DNA from: the human T2T-CHM13v2.0 reference genome, Homo sapiens
Strand: one strand, 5' to 3'
Assembly: GCF_009914755.1 (NCBI RefSeq)
Contig: NC_060932.1
DNA: 64,000 bases
How positions within the stretch are numbered: position 1 is the first letter of the stretch; each line of letters starts with the position of its first letter. The position numbers and the translations under genes were made by a program. Positions 51,813-64,000 of the stretch are shown one piece after another. The notes beneath the pieces were generated by a model. The model made no database searches. It was not told the DNA's origin and saw only the letters and a program-made list of their open reading frames with translations.

Positions 51813-52479
51813 CAGCTGCTCAAGCTGTGAGATGAGGTGACCCCAGCACCACTGAGAGCCACAGCAGGTGAGAATACTAAGCATGGCAAGTCCTCTGAAT
51901 CAATCTTGGGGTTACTCCTCCTGGGTTCTAGAGGGCCATGTCTTCCTATCACTGTTCAGATAGTTTACCTATACCTATCTCTGGTCCAGACACCAGGGAG
52001 CTTGTAAATGAGCTTTGGGTTAGAAGAGTTAAAGAAATTATGTAAGGATAAGGAACTTTCCTTATTTGGGAAAACTAATACTTTTAACAGTCTTTTTAAC
52101 TTTTTGGTAAACATATACATGTAAATTACTTTTTGCATCCTGAAAATACTAATTCAATTACATCCTTGGATTTTCTGAAATCTTTCCTTGAACTAATAAA
52201 AACTGGTAGAACCTAGCTTTCTTTATAGAAATGCCCTTAAATTGTATCAGGACAACTATACTATTTTCCTTGACCCCTTAACGTTACAACTTTGTGAAAT
52301 AAGCTTGCCTTTCTTCATATGGATGGTGGTTTGCCTTGTCCTCATTTCCTCCACGGCCGTTACCTGTCCAAGGAAATGAACAAATGTTTTCTAATGAGCA
52401 GATTCTACTAAATGTAGTGAAACTCAGATTATTTTCTTAAATTTATAATCCAAAACCAAAGAGATTTTGCCGCATTCCA

Positions 52480-53060
52480 GTATACGTCACACCTCTGCTT
52501 CAAACTCTCCGATGAGCTCCTGTTGAGTTAGAACATGTTCAGCAGCTCTGGCTGTGACCTATAAGCTCAGCCTAATTCAGTTTCTATTTCTTACCCTCCA
52601 CCCCCAATTTGCACCATTTTTTCCTGCTCATCTGCACTGTAGCTTTTTTATGCCCTTTTTCAGTCCTTCAAAAATTCTATTTTCTTTCTTGCTTCAAAGT
52701 ATTTACATTTCTCCCTGAAATCTCTCATGTTATGCTTTTTATATAACAAACATCTTTTCATCTTGCAGGTATCAGGTTCAACTTTAGAGGCGCTTCCCTT
52801 GAAGGTACTGTGCAGACAGACAGCAATCCCCCTCCCCATTCGCCAGACACCCTTCACCTGAAATCAAGACATGTGCTTCATTGCACTTATTATAATTTAT
52901 ACTTGTTTTATGTATGTGTCTTTTTTTGTTAATATCATGTTTTTCATACTAAATGAGGGTTCTATGGTAAGAAGAAACATGCCAATTGCTTTTACCAAAG
53001 TCCAGATACATTCTGGCCCAGAGAAGAATCTCAGCAATATTTGCTGCAAAGCACGTTGAA
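52480..53060 (+). mobile_element. L2 3' relic
   Basis: cacacctctgcttcaaactctcc ... ctcagcaatatttgctg. Confidence 0.55.
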
Positions 53061-53594
53061 AACAAAGCCCCAGAGGAGGACACAGGCTTTGGAGGCCACC
53101 AGAATGTGACTCTAATCCCACTCTTTTACTGATAAGCTGAATGACTTCCTTTTCCTCATCAGTAAAATGGAGATATTTTATAACTTATAGGGTTACAGTA
53201 GACATTCAATGAAAGGTATCTCTTACTAATTTTATTTCTCCCAGTTTTCTCAGCAATGGCACTAATTAGAATCTGACTCATTTTTTTTACAGTGAACTTG
53301 GGTAAAAATGTTGAAATGTGATAAATTAAATTAAAATGATTGCAATATAAAAATATAATTTGTTAATTTGTGTGGCTTCACATACAATAGAAATATCATG
53401 TCACAGAAAGTGGTATGGTCTTAGGTAAATCCAAATAAAATGACTCCTAGTCTCAGTCCATCTAGAGCAATTAGAGAAAGAAATTGGCCAAGGAATTGTT
53501 TTGATGCTCCGATTAGATATGGTTATTTGATTGCCTTCCAAATTGAGAAGCATTAATCAGAAGCAACATGACATTGTTTTTAAATATAATAAGG

Positions 53595-53915
53595 GTGCAG
53601 TGGTTTCCAGGCACGTGACCTCCCTTTCAAATGTATATATTAACATCCTCATGCCCACGTGATGATATTAGGACATGGCGTCTTTGGGAGATGATAAGGA
53701 CACTGCTCTCATGAATAGAAACATAAAAGAAGCCAGAGAGAGACCCTTCGTCGCTTCCATCATGTGAGGTTACAGAGAGAACACAGCTATCCGTGAGGAG
53801 CCATGCCTTCACCAGATGTGGCACCTGCTGGTGCCATAACCTTGGATGTTTCTTAGCCTCTTGAACTGTGAGAAATAAATGTTTGTTGTCTATAAGTCAC
53901 TCAGTTTATGGTCAA
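53595..53915 (+). mobile_element. MLT1A-like MaLR LTR
   Basis: ctttgggagatgataagg...catgtgagg...ctgctggtgcc...agcctcttgaactgtgagaaataaatgtttgttg. Confidence 0.8.
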
Positions 53916-54574
53916 ACAAAGTAGGACAAAAGGCAAAAAATGAGTGTAATTTCTCAAAACCCACATCCCCTGGGAGAAGCAATACACCTCAAACCATTCT
54001 TTATTTTTTTCAGTGAATTCAAATAATCATCAGAAAAGCTAAAAATAAGATCCATGTTTCTTTCAATATCTAACTTCAACAGCGTCAGGTACATCTTAAC
54101 TGCAAGATTCTGTGTTTCGTGGGAGAAATCTCTACACTTTGGAAAATGACTTTATTGGATTTATTGCCTGAATAGCTCATCTAGACAGTGCATGATAAAA
54201 GCCCAATGCTGGAATGGATAAGATTATGGTTCAAATTAATGGACCAAGAAGGAAGTAGGAAGGTTGCTTATTAAGGGCTTTCCTGTGAAGGATCTAGAGA
54301 TCTAAACTGAATGCAGTGACACTAATAAGCGACTAATGTCAGCCTACAATTCTTCAGCTTTGTTAATGATTTTCCTCTTAAAAACCATAGTCCCTCCACA
54401 CCTTGAACCCAAACATCTTCCCATAGAAAAATCATTTTTAACATGCAGATTTCATAGTAGAGTTAGATTTAGGACAAAGAAAAAGAATGGAGAACAAAAA
54501 TAATCACCATCATTTTTATGTACACCCCATGGGCTTCATAGAAATGAGGATTTTGTTTCAGTAAGTTCATCAAA

Positions 54575-55075
54575 ACTCAAAAATAAAAAGGATTCTTGTG
54601 ATTGTAACCACATAGAAGAACCTGGAAGATATGATGCTAAGTGAAATAAGCCTGGCTTAGAAGACAGATGCTACCCAATCTCACATATATGTGGAATCTA
54701 AAAATATCAAACTCATAGAAGCAGAAAATAGAATGGTGATTGCCAGTACCTGAGATATGGGGAAAATGGAGACGTTTGTTATAAAGTACAAACTGTCAGT
54801 TATAAGTAAACTAAGTTCTAGGGGTCTAATGAATAGCATAGTAACTATAGATAATAATACTGTATTGTTTACCTGAAACACACACACACACACACACACA
54901 GTAATTTGTGTTAATTTAACACAGTGTTAATTTGATTTTGGTAATCATTTAACAATGTATACATATATTAAATATGTTAATATTTTATACATATATTAGA
55001 TAATCATGTTGTACATCTTGAATAGATGCATTTTTAAATTTGTCACTTATACCTCAATAAAACTGGAAAAAAAGA
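54575..55075 (+). mobile_element. L1MA/MB 3' end containing (CA)n
   Basis: atgctaagtgaaataagcc...gtggaatctaaaaa...tacctcaataaaactggaaaa. Confidence 0.85.
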
Positions 55076-55209
55076 CCTAAAAACAGAATCAGAGCATTGG
55101 ACAACATGGCACCATGGGAGAGTTTCATTTTTTTGCTGGGAATATTGAAAATCTTCCTGTACATTTCAAGGTTCTCACTTTTATCTTCCTATGCAGAATA
55201 GCTTTATGG

Positions 55210-55398
55210 ATAGGCTTTTCAGACAAAATGCAGATATCCAACTAAATTTGAATTTAGCTAAAGAATGGATTTTCAGTATGAATGTGGCACAGACAATGCA
55301 AAGAATATACTTACAATATGCTATTACTGGCGATTTACCTGAAATTAAACGTGAGGTTGGCAACCTATAGTTTTATTTGCTGAATGTGGTATTCCCTA
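55210..55398. mobile_element. MER53-like palindromic DNA transposon relic
   Basis: cagacaaaatgcag...taaatttgaattt ... ttttatttgctgaatgtgg. Confidence 0.6.
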
Positions 55399-56094
55399 TG
55401 CATGGATGGCGTACTGAGAATTAATATCTCATTCTCTGCTGGTAGTTTTCAAGTGGGAAATGTTGCTTGAGGTGAAAAGTGAGTGACTTTTAGAATTAGA
55501 AGACTCAAAACAGAGCAAACTGCACAAATATATTTTGAAAGAATCAGATTTGTAGATCCTAGGAAGGTTTTTTAATAAGAGCTATCTGCTTAACAATATT
55601 GAAACCTAAAATCCCACCAGAAAAGATAAATTTATTTGAACTGTGTGTTATAATATCTTACCTTTAAAAAGAAAGATGTTTTAATTTGTTCAATCTATTA
55701 TTCAAAGAAAAAGCAATTGTGTCAGGAACTATAAGGGCACATCCAGATCCAAGATTCTGCCCCCTCTTACTTCTTGTTCCTTTATGTAACTTAGGATCTT
55801 CCACAAAGATTTTCTAGAAATCAATTCTTATTTTTTTAACTTCAAAATATTTTGCACTTTTCAATCTATGAATTATAGTCTATTAGTAGATTCTGAAATC
55901 AATGTAATGGTTTAGGAAAGGTACTTCTCTCTTTTAATGAAACAAAATATCAGGTATAGAAGGATTAAAGTATTTTCTGAAAACCTATTACCAATCATAA
56001 ATAATATAGATACATATAAATAGCATTGTATGGTATCTTTGGGCTGTGGCTAAAATAAGAGGAAGAGACTCCCTTGAAAGAAATGGAATAGAAT

Positions 56095-56302
56095 TGTGAC
56101 ATTTCATTCCTCAGGCCAAATTCAACCTACTGCCTATCTTTACATATCAGTTTATAGTGGAACATAGTCACTTTCATTCATTTACATATTATGTGCGGCA
56201 GCTTTAGTGAAGAGCTGAGTATTTTTGACCCAAGACTGTATGGCCTCCAAAGCCTAAATATTTACTATTTGACTCCTTGCAAAAATGTTTACTGATCCCT
56301 GG
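56095..56302 (+). mobile_element. MER58-like hAT relic
   Basis: caggccaaattcaaccta...gactgtatggcc...aaagcctaaatatttactattt...tgtttactgatccctg. Confidence 0.8.
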
Positions 56303-58134
56303 TTCAGAATACAAGGTCATAGTGACAGGTGGTCCTGAGTACCCAGTGGTGAGAATAGAAACACTGATTATCTGGCCATTATTAAAGAAAAGAATGAGAC
56401 ATAGAATGTAGATTGGACAATAATCCCACAATGCCAGCATGTGTCATGGTTTAGAATTAGTAACTCTGAATACTTAGAACAAGTATTCCATCATAGAAAA
56501 TATTATTATCATAGGCTCCAAAGCTGTGGTTAGGAACATGGATGAGAATCAGACAGATGGGACTGGCTTTCTGAATATTTGACTTACTCGGTATATATAT
56601 TCAAAAGATTAGTTAATAGTTGTGAACAACAATTTCTTCTTCACTAAATTGAAGATAATAAGGTAGGACATAGAAAATAAAGAAATAATGCATGCTGAGG
56701 CTTCGCTTATTGATGGCTCAAAGTAAGTGTTGAATGCATGATAAAAATTAAATATGGGAGCTTATTGAACTAGCTGAACTCCTTTGGTTCATTAATTAAT
56801 TTGATAATTATATGTTGGATACTATCTCCGGCATACAATTCTTTTGCTTGGCATACCTGTTGCTTTATGCTCTTCTTGCCATCTACAGATCTCTTCTCTC
56901 CTTTGGACCTTGTCTCTCCCATCCCAGTTGGATTTACACACAGGTTTCCTTTGCGTGCGCTCAGCTACAACTTGTGTTGCATTTTCACATTTGTCTCTTC
57001 TACAAATTTATTCAAGGCATCAGTCTTTAAGATACAATAGTTCCTAAAAACTAGGACAAATGTAATGCACTCCTGGATGGTAAGTTAATATTTTGAAGTC
57101 TAATATCTTCTCTCTTCAATGGTAATTAATTTTAAGATAAATATATTTCACATCTCAAGAGTAAGTTTCATATTCCAGAGGCATCTTCAATTTTGTACTC
57201 TCAGATCACTGAAAATGACAAAAGACATTAAATGTGTTTTAAAGTAACTAGAGAAAAGATATGGTTGGCCTCTTTTACTGTTTCCTGCCAAGTTGTGGGT
57301 CATACATAGGCCAAGAGTAAATGGAGGTGAGGATGCCTACACCAGATGGTTTCTGTTCCTTCCAAAGGAGAGTTGGAAGGGAAGATGTAGGACATCTCTA
57401 TGCACTGTCATTTGTGGAGGCATTTTACAGTACACACTTTGTTCCTCTGATACTCATCTCACAACAATCAAGTAAGGTAAAGAAAAATAATGTTTTCCCT
57501 TGTAAATAAGATTTAGGTCAAATTTTTTGTTTTCTTGTTTTTTTTACCTGGGTACAGCTACTAGTAACCCTGGGACCAGGTAGCAGTTAGGGAGGGCATG
57601 GGTCATTCTGTAGATATGTTAGCTGAAGATTTTAATTCGGTCCTTATCTAGGAAGCTTGTTGATATAAATCTCAGTGACAAAATGTAATTCCACTTGTTT
57701 AAGGAATCTAAGCATGTCCTGGGAATAAATGAAAGATCACATTTACCTAGTCAACAAAACAAAATGCATTGATTATGTCTTATTTGCCAGTTAACCTATT
57801 AGCTACTGGGAAATACAAGAATCAGCAAGATATATCCCCTGCCCTTAAGACCATGGCAGCCAAGTAAGCATGGTATTAAAATACGAGGATATAAGTGCTG
57901 AAAGAAAGGTAATTTAAGATAATATCTGGAGCACATAGAAAAAGCACCTATTTAAAATAGGACTAACCCTTTACTCGTGAGCCATGTGACCTGAGAGCAG
58001 TATTAGGTATCAAGGAAGGCTTTCTGGAAGTGGTGACATCTAAGTTGAAACCTGCAGGATGACTGAGCTGAATAAAGAACAGGTACCAGTGCCTTCTACA
58101 CAAATCGGGCAATACATGAGAACAATTCATAGAA

Positions 58135-58365
58135 TGATACAACACAAGAAAGTGAACTTTCAGACAAACTATGGATTTCAGCTAACAATAGTGTATCAAT
58201 GTCAGGTCATCAGTTGTAATGCACTACACAAATGTAAAATATCAGTAATAGGGGAAACTTGATGGGGGCTAAGGTGTCAGGAGAAGGAGTACCAGGGAAC
58301 TGTGCTTTCTGCTTAATTTTTTTTACAAATCAACAAACGATGTTACCAATAGAGTTGATAAATTT
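58135..58365 (+). mobile_element. L1MC/MD 3' UTR fragment within L2 relics (~57740-58720)
   Basis: aaactatggatttcag...gtatcaat...aataggggaaact...ctttctgcttaatttt. Confidence 0.65.
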
Positions 58366-61300
58366 TTTTTAAGGCTAATGCTACAGATGACTTATTGTTT
58401 AGAGAACACAACACACTAATGTCTGGCTAGAATTGTGCGATGTTGATAAAGAGGATGGAGGAAGGCTTGGGAGGTCAGCAGGGGCTGCACCATGAAAAGC
58501 TTTACAAGGAATATAAAGGATTTATGGCATTAACCAAGATGACATTAGATTATTTCATCTGTGGAAGTAATGTAATTAGATGTTGTTTGTGTCTATTTGT
58601 TTGCCTGCTTGGTTGCTTTTGAGACTCTTTGAAGAACTCTTAGGAAAATAGATTGAAGGGAGGCATGACTCAGCATGAGTGATCATTTAGGAGGCTATAG
58701 ATGCACTACAGTAGATGAAAGTGGAGTTGGTATCAGGCCTTGTGAACTCTGATCAGAGCTGTGACAGACAGAAGGAAAATGAGCATTTTGCCACCTGAAG
58801 GGCAAAAGGACATCCTGTGTAAACAAGGCTTCTCTTTTTCATTTTTATTTTGTAGAAGACCATCCACATAGGTCACATGAACTTATGTCCTGAGCGGTGC
58901 CTCTGTCATGTTCTCTGTTTATGATCAGGAAGGTCTGGCCTCCACCTCTACTCTTTCAGGCAAGTGTGGGCACTGGAGAAATAGCTGCATGAATTGCATG
59001 CAGGCTGTGACAGACCTTTTAAGTTTTATTCGTACTTTCAATAGAAATGGTTTCCCATGCCCTATGCTGGAGATACCAAGATCAAAATGATGAATCTTTC
59101 TGTTCAGACACTGGCTATACGGTAAAAACACAAACATAGAAACAGGAACGGTATTTATTAATGGATAACTTGACCAAGTGCAAACCCAAGAGGTTTTCTC
59201 TTTTTTAGCAAAAAAAAAAAAAACAAAAAAGGACCCATAGTTGTGTCACCTGAACCCAGTATTGAATGATAAGTTGGGAGTCCCCTGAGGTGAGAGAAGG
59301 ACATTCAAAGCAAAGCATAGAAAATGGCATGAACGGAGACAGACACACCTGCTAAGTGGCATGCGTGGATTAGCTCTAGAGTTGAAGATCGAAGATAGGC
59401 AAGATCCAAATTATTGCAGACTCTGAATGGGGCAAGTCATGCTCCAGCTTCAGGATCGTGAAACCACTGTTAGAAAAAGGATAGTGGGTAGACCAGAAGG
59501 ACTCAAAGGGAAGTGTCAACAAGAATGAGGAAGACAGTAGCTGTCTTGTGGAATTCAGATGAAAGAGACACTGAGAAGAAGAGAGATCCACATGGCCCCT
59601 AGATTAAGAGTTGATGTCTGGTAGTGCCAGCAATCCAATTAGAGAATTTAATCAAGGCTGAGAACTCATTTCTTAAGAAGGTAGTCTCTTGTGCTCAGGT
59701 GAAGAAGGGACAAGAGTCCAATATCTGCAAACAAGTCTGCCTATCCTAGTGGTCTATAGGTATGTTTTGTAATATGCATGGCCTTGGGAGTCAGAGGGCT
59801 CTTTAAGTCCTTACTTGCCCAATTACTTATGAATTATGTGACCATGATCAACACCTACCTCAAATGTTTTTATCTGTTAAGTTTTATTAGTAACATTTAA
59901 CTTTTAAGTTGTCATGGATTTTTGGAAAGGACATGGAGTAAGAAACATTATAAAAGTGGCTGACCCCAAATAGTCCCTAAATCTGAGTTATCTACCCTCT
60001 TATCAAGAAGCACATCTAACTTATGTTAAATCTTCATTTCTAAGACCAGAGGCCAGCTTGTAGTGTAGGTGTTCAATGTACGTGTGTTGACTAAAGGAAC
60101 GAATGAATTTAAGAGTAATCTTGGAAGAACTGACTTCTGCACGAAATGACTTTTGTTTTCCCCATTTGTGTCCTTCTCTTGACATTCCAACTGAGTTTTT
60201 GAATTCTTCAGATGTTCACTTGTTTCACACTGTCACTTCATTAGCACCATATCTGTTTGTGAGGAAATCTGGCAAAGTCGATTTCTCTAGGCAACCGGTT
60301 TGTACTTTTTGTCCTTCGATTGCAATTAATGAGATTGTTTATCTACTTCCCTGTTATGCTTTGATGAGGCCCACATGAGAACATTTTCCAGGAATATGTA
60401 TGTAGTATTAGTGTGTTGTCTTACTGGGAGAGCAATGTTTTTATACTGCTTTATTAATGCCTGTACATGTGATTTAATTAAGATTTACAAATTAGGTTTA
60501 ATTAAGGTTTATAAGCAGTGAGGTGAACTCCTGGCTGTGTTCATACTGCTGATTTTCCTTCTTTGTTTTCTTACATAGTCCTAACTGTGATTAGAAAAAT
60601 CCAGTGGGCACTGAAGCTGGGAAATGAAATGACTTCTCCAAGCATCTGATTCCACCTGCTGTCCCTATGTTCCCTCTGTAAATGCACCCAGCACCTAAGT
60701 GTCAGAAAACGCACTGCATCTGGGATATAGCAACTCATTCATGCTACCTAGAAAGAGTCCACCAATATTGGAATGAAACTATCCACATCAGCTGCGTGAC
60801 TTTAAGGTGGTTATTTACCATCTCTGATCCTCAATTTCTTCATCTGAGTGTGTGTGTAAGAGAGAGAGGTATTTTCTTTGATATATTATCATACAAAGCT
60901 ATTAGATGACATAATTTTAGTCAGGGTATCTGGCTCATAAGTTTAACAAATAGCTATCATTCATAAATCATGTGTAATTGAGGCAAAAACGAAAAGATGG
61001 AATAAGTCAAATGGAAGCTTGGCCAATATTTGATTGTTTGTTTTATGTAATTATAACGTATCAGGATATCAGTGTCCTGGTTCCCCATTCTAGTCCAACC
61101 CAGAAAGTGTGTAATGAATACCTACAAAGTGTCAGGCACTAAGCAAAGTAAAAATCAAACCAAATAAGGCAAAACTCACACTCTCTGTCCAGAAGGAAGA
61201 TAAGGCCAGATATGAAAAACACAAGTGAGTGGAGTCCATGATAGAACTAGGTACAAATTTCAGTGATGGCAGAAAGGATGGAGGAGATTCTTCTATATGA

Positions 61301-63504
61301 GTAAGTCAGGTTTCAGTTCATTTGCTGTTTCTCCTCGAATGCTGACTCATCCCTTGTTCTTTATGCAGAATTCTGACTTGTTGGCTGTAACCCTTGCCTA
61401 GATTCACATGCTTATTATTTTTTAAATTATCAGTCATGGCTGGTTCTGGGTCTGTGTTGACGTAACTGATGCATATATCAACCTGAAAGCACTTGTCTAG
61501 AGTGAGATACCACCTGTGTTCTTTCCTGAGTTGTGAAATGCCATGTAGAGGCAAAGTCATGGTTAAATGGGACCTTTAGGAGCAACTGAGCAAACATTGG
61601 ATGTCTAACTTCCAAAGAGACAAAGCATCTCCCAATATTCCCAAGGCCATATAGAGACAGAGTCAAATAATGAGAATGCTTAGAATGTAGAGACCAATGG
61701 CCATTTGTAGAGACCAATGGCCATCTATTTCTGCACACTTGACCACACAACTAAAAAGTTTGAGATTATTGAACTGCTATTTGAGGGAAAAACAATATAA
61801 TAATAATCCTATAATAGGTACATTTAATTAAACTTTTCTGATATTGAATTTACTGGTTTTCTTCACAATTGGAAGATAAAGTGGTGTCATTAACACCTTT
61901 TTAATTAATACTATTCAGGGAAATTATGTACGTTCAACTTAATAGTTAAAGGTAAAACCTAAATTCCCAATCATATCTATCCAATTCCATACTCTTTCTA
62001 TAAGTTTCTGCTTTCAAAATAGTCTACACAATATAAGATAATGACTCCAAGGAGCTAGCAGAGATTTCAAAACTCTATTATTTACATCACACTGTAATAA
62101 CAGCTAAGCATGTCTCTAGAAAACGCCCTTGGTTTGAGACTAACTTACATAGGAGAGAGTCATATGAAGGATTTACATCCATTTTTATTTAAGTAAATGA
62201 AGAGAGGGTTTTCACTAATATTTGGATTGTACTTCAAGTTACACCATAGATGTATCTGGTCATGGAAAAGTAGGAAAGCAAGCAATATGTATAAAATTGC
62301 AATAAAAGACAGGTAGAACAGCATCAAGAATGGAACTGTTTTCAGAAACGTGACCTGGACATGGCTTTGCCCAACTCAGAACCTCATAGTCTAAGAGACT
62401 AGAAACATCATCACAGACCTAGCTGTGCCCCTCTCTGAATCTTTACTTTCCTCTCTTAAAACAATAATAAATGTGGGGACATTTCTTCCTGTCTTGCTTT
62501 CCCCTAAGAATCATTAACAAAATCCAGAGATATGGTGGATATAACATTATAAAGGATGGGAAAATGCTTGGTAAATTGTATATGGCTACATAAACATAAG
62601 GAGTTATTATTATGTTGATTATCATTGGTGACAGCACGGACAAATGTGCTAATTATACCCATAAAATGAAGATGCAAATGCTTTACTCTGGACTTTTAAG
62701 AGAGGCTTATTCTTCTCCTAAAAAGAGTGATTATAAGCACAAAATATTACTTTTTATTAGTACTGCAGTAACTGTTCCATGTAATATTAATAACAATAAT
62801 AAAATGTAAGCCACTTCTACATTATTTTCAGGGAGAAAAGAACACAAGAGCTAAAAAGTTGTATGAGTAGGAACTTGTCCCTTTTAATGATATCTGTAAA
62901 AATGCAATAGATGTTGCAATAAATCTCTGTCTCCCTCCAACATCCCCTATTTTGCATTTTCTCTCAATCATACTTGCCTACTTTTGTTTGGCATCATTTG
63001 TGACCTCGGTGGATATATTAATAAAAGTAGCCACAATAAGCCCTGTAGCTAATTTTCTGTATTATCCAACTGACACATTTCCCTCAAATTGTCCCAGACC
63101 TGTCCATTGGTATTTATTACTACATTTGGCTGGAACCCTTGGATATATTTTGATTGCATATGACAAGGTTCCCTTCAAGGGTCCTGTTTAGTTTGGTTTG
63201 CACATGCACCTACCGAAACTACTACCTAGAAAAACTACGAGAATTCCATATTTCTACACTGTTTGTCACAAGCTATGCTCCTGCAGCTGGGAGAAATTTG
63301 GTAAGAAAACATATCTGCCTTGTTTTCCGATGACCATTTCTGATGGTCATGTTGGATATTGTATTTTTTGGTTGGCCACAAACTGAGTGTCTAATGTGTG
63401 TCTTGTAATATTCTAGGTGCCAAGGATGATACAGTTAAGAGGTATCTTTGGTTTTGTCCAAATAACTTCTAATTTAGTTGAATGATTATATATTAAGAGT
63501 TTCC

Positions 63505-63975
63505 TGTTGTTGTAAAACATTACTATACAATTAGTGCTTTAAAGAAACACAGATTCCTTACCTTTCAGTTTTGGAGGTCAGTTGTTCAAAATGGGTCTTG
63601 CTGGGCTAAAATCAAGACGTCAGCAGGGCTGTGTTTCTTCTACAGCCTCCAGGGGAGAGTCTATTTCTCATCTTTTCCAGATTCTTGAGGTACATGATCC
63701 CTTTCTCTATCATCAAAGCCAGTGGTTTTGTATTTTCAAATCTCTCTCACTTTGATCCTCACTCTTTTGCCCCCTTCTTCCACTTCTAAAGACCCTGGTG
63801 ATTACACAGAACCCATCTAGATATTGCAAAATGATCTCATCTGAAGGCCAGCAGATTACCAATCATAATTAACATCTGCAACCTTAATTTCCTCTTCCTA
63901 TGTAACATGCCATATTCATAAATTCCTGAGATTAGGACACGGACCCCTTTGGGCCCATCATTCTGCCTATCGCAG
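63505..63975 (-). mobile_element. MLT1C/D-like MaLR LTR
   Basis: gggctaaaatcaagacgtcagcagggctgtg...ggtgattacac...catctgcaaccttaatt...gagattaggac...attctgccta. Confidence 0.8.
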
Positions 63976-64000
63976 TGAGGTTACTTACATTATAAAACAA

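Noticed and set aside
55210-55398. Imperfect palindrome
   Set aside because: Explained by a MER53-like transposon.

Overview
AT-rich, CpG-depleted, repeat-dominated primate (very probably human) intergenic DNA with no intact protein-coding gene; the ORF track is almost all repeat-derived or chance. Main contents: an old minus-strand L1MC interrupted by two Alus and a 5'-inverted L1PA; a 5.3 kb 3'-truncated L1P; a HERV-H provirus with a 5' LTR7 but no env or 3' LTR; a HERV-K(HML-2) LTR5 solo LTR; a complete THE1 provirus; an LTR1 solo LTR; a tailless U2 snRNA retrocopy; a 5'-truncated processed zyxin pseudogene (from memory ZYXP1, 8q24); and many MIR/L2/MLT/MER relics. I found no convincing new multi-gene system. 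The least explained structures are a 192-bp fold-back LTR element with two outward-facing U5 ends and an apparent 5-bp TSD (25819-26010), a 15-bp perfect inverted repeat around iterated units (40724-40845), two templated-insertion scars and a tiny L1 with a likely 3' transduction. Subfamily names come from recalled consensus sequences, not a search, and boundaries of old repeats are approximate.
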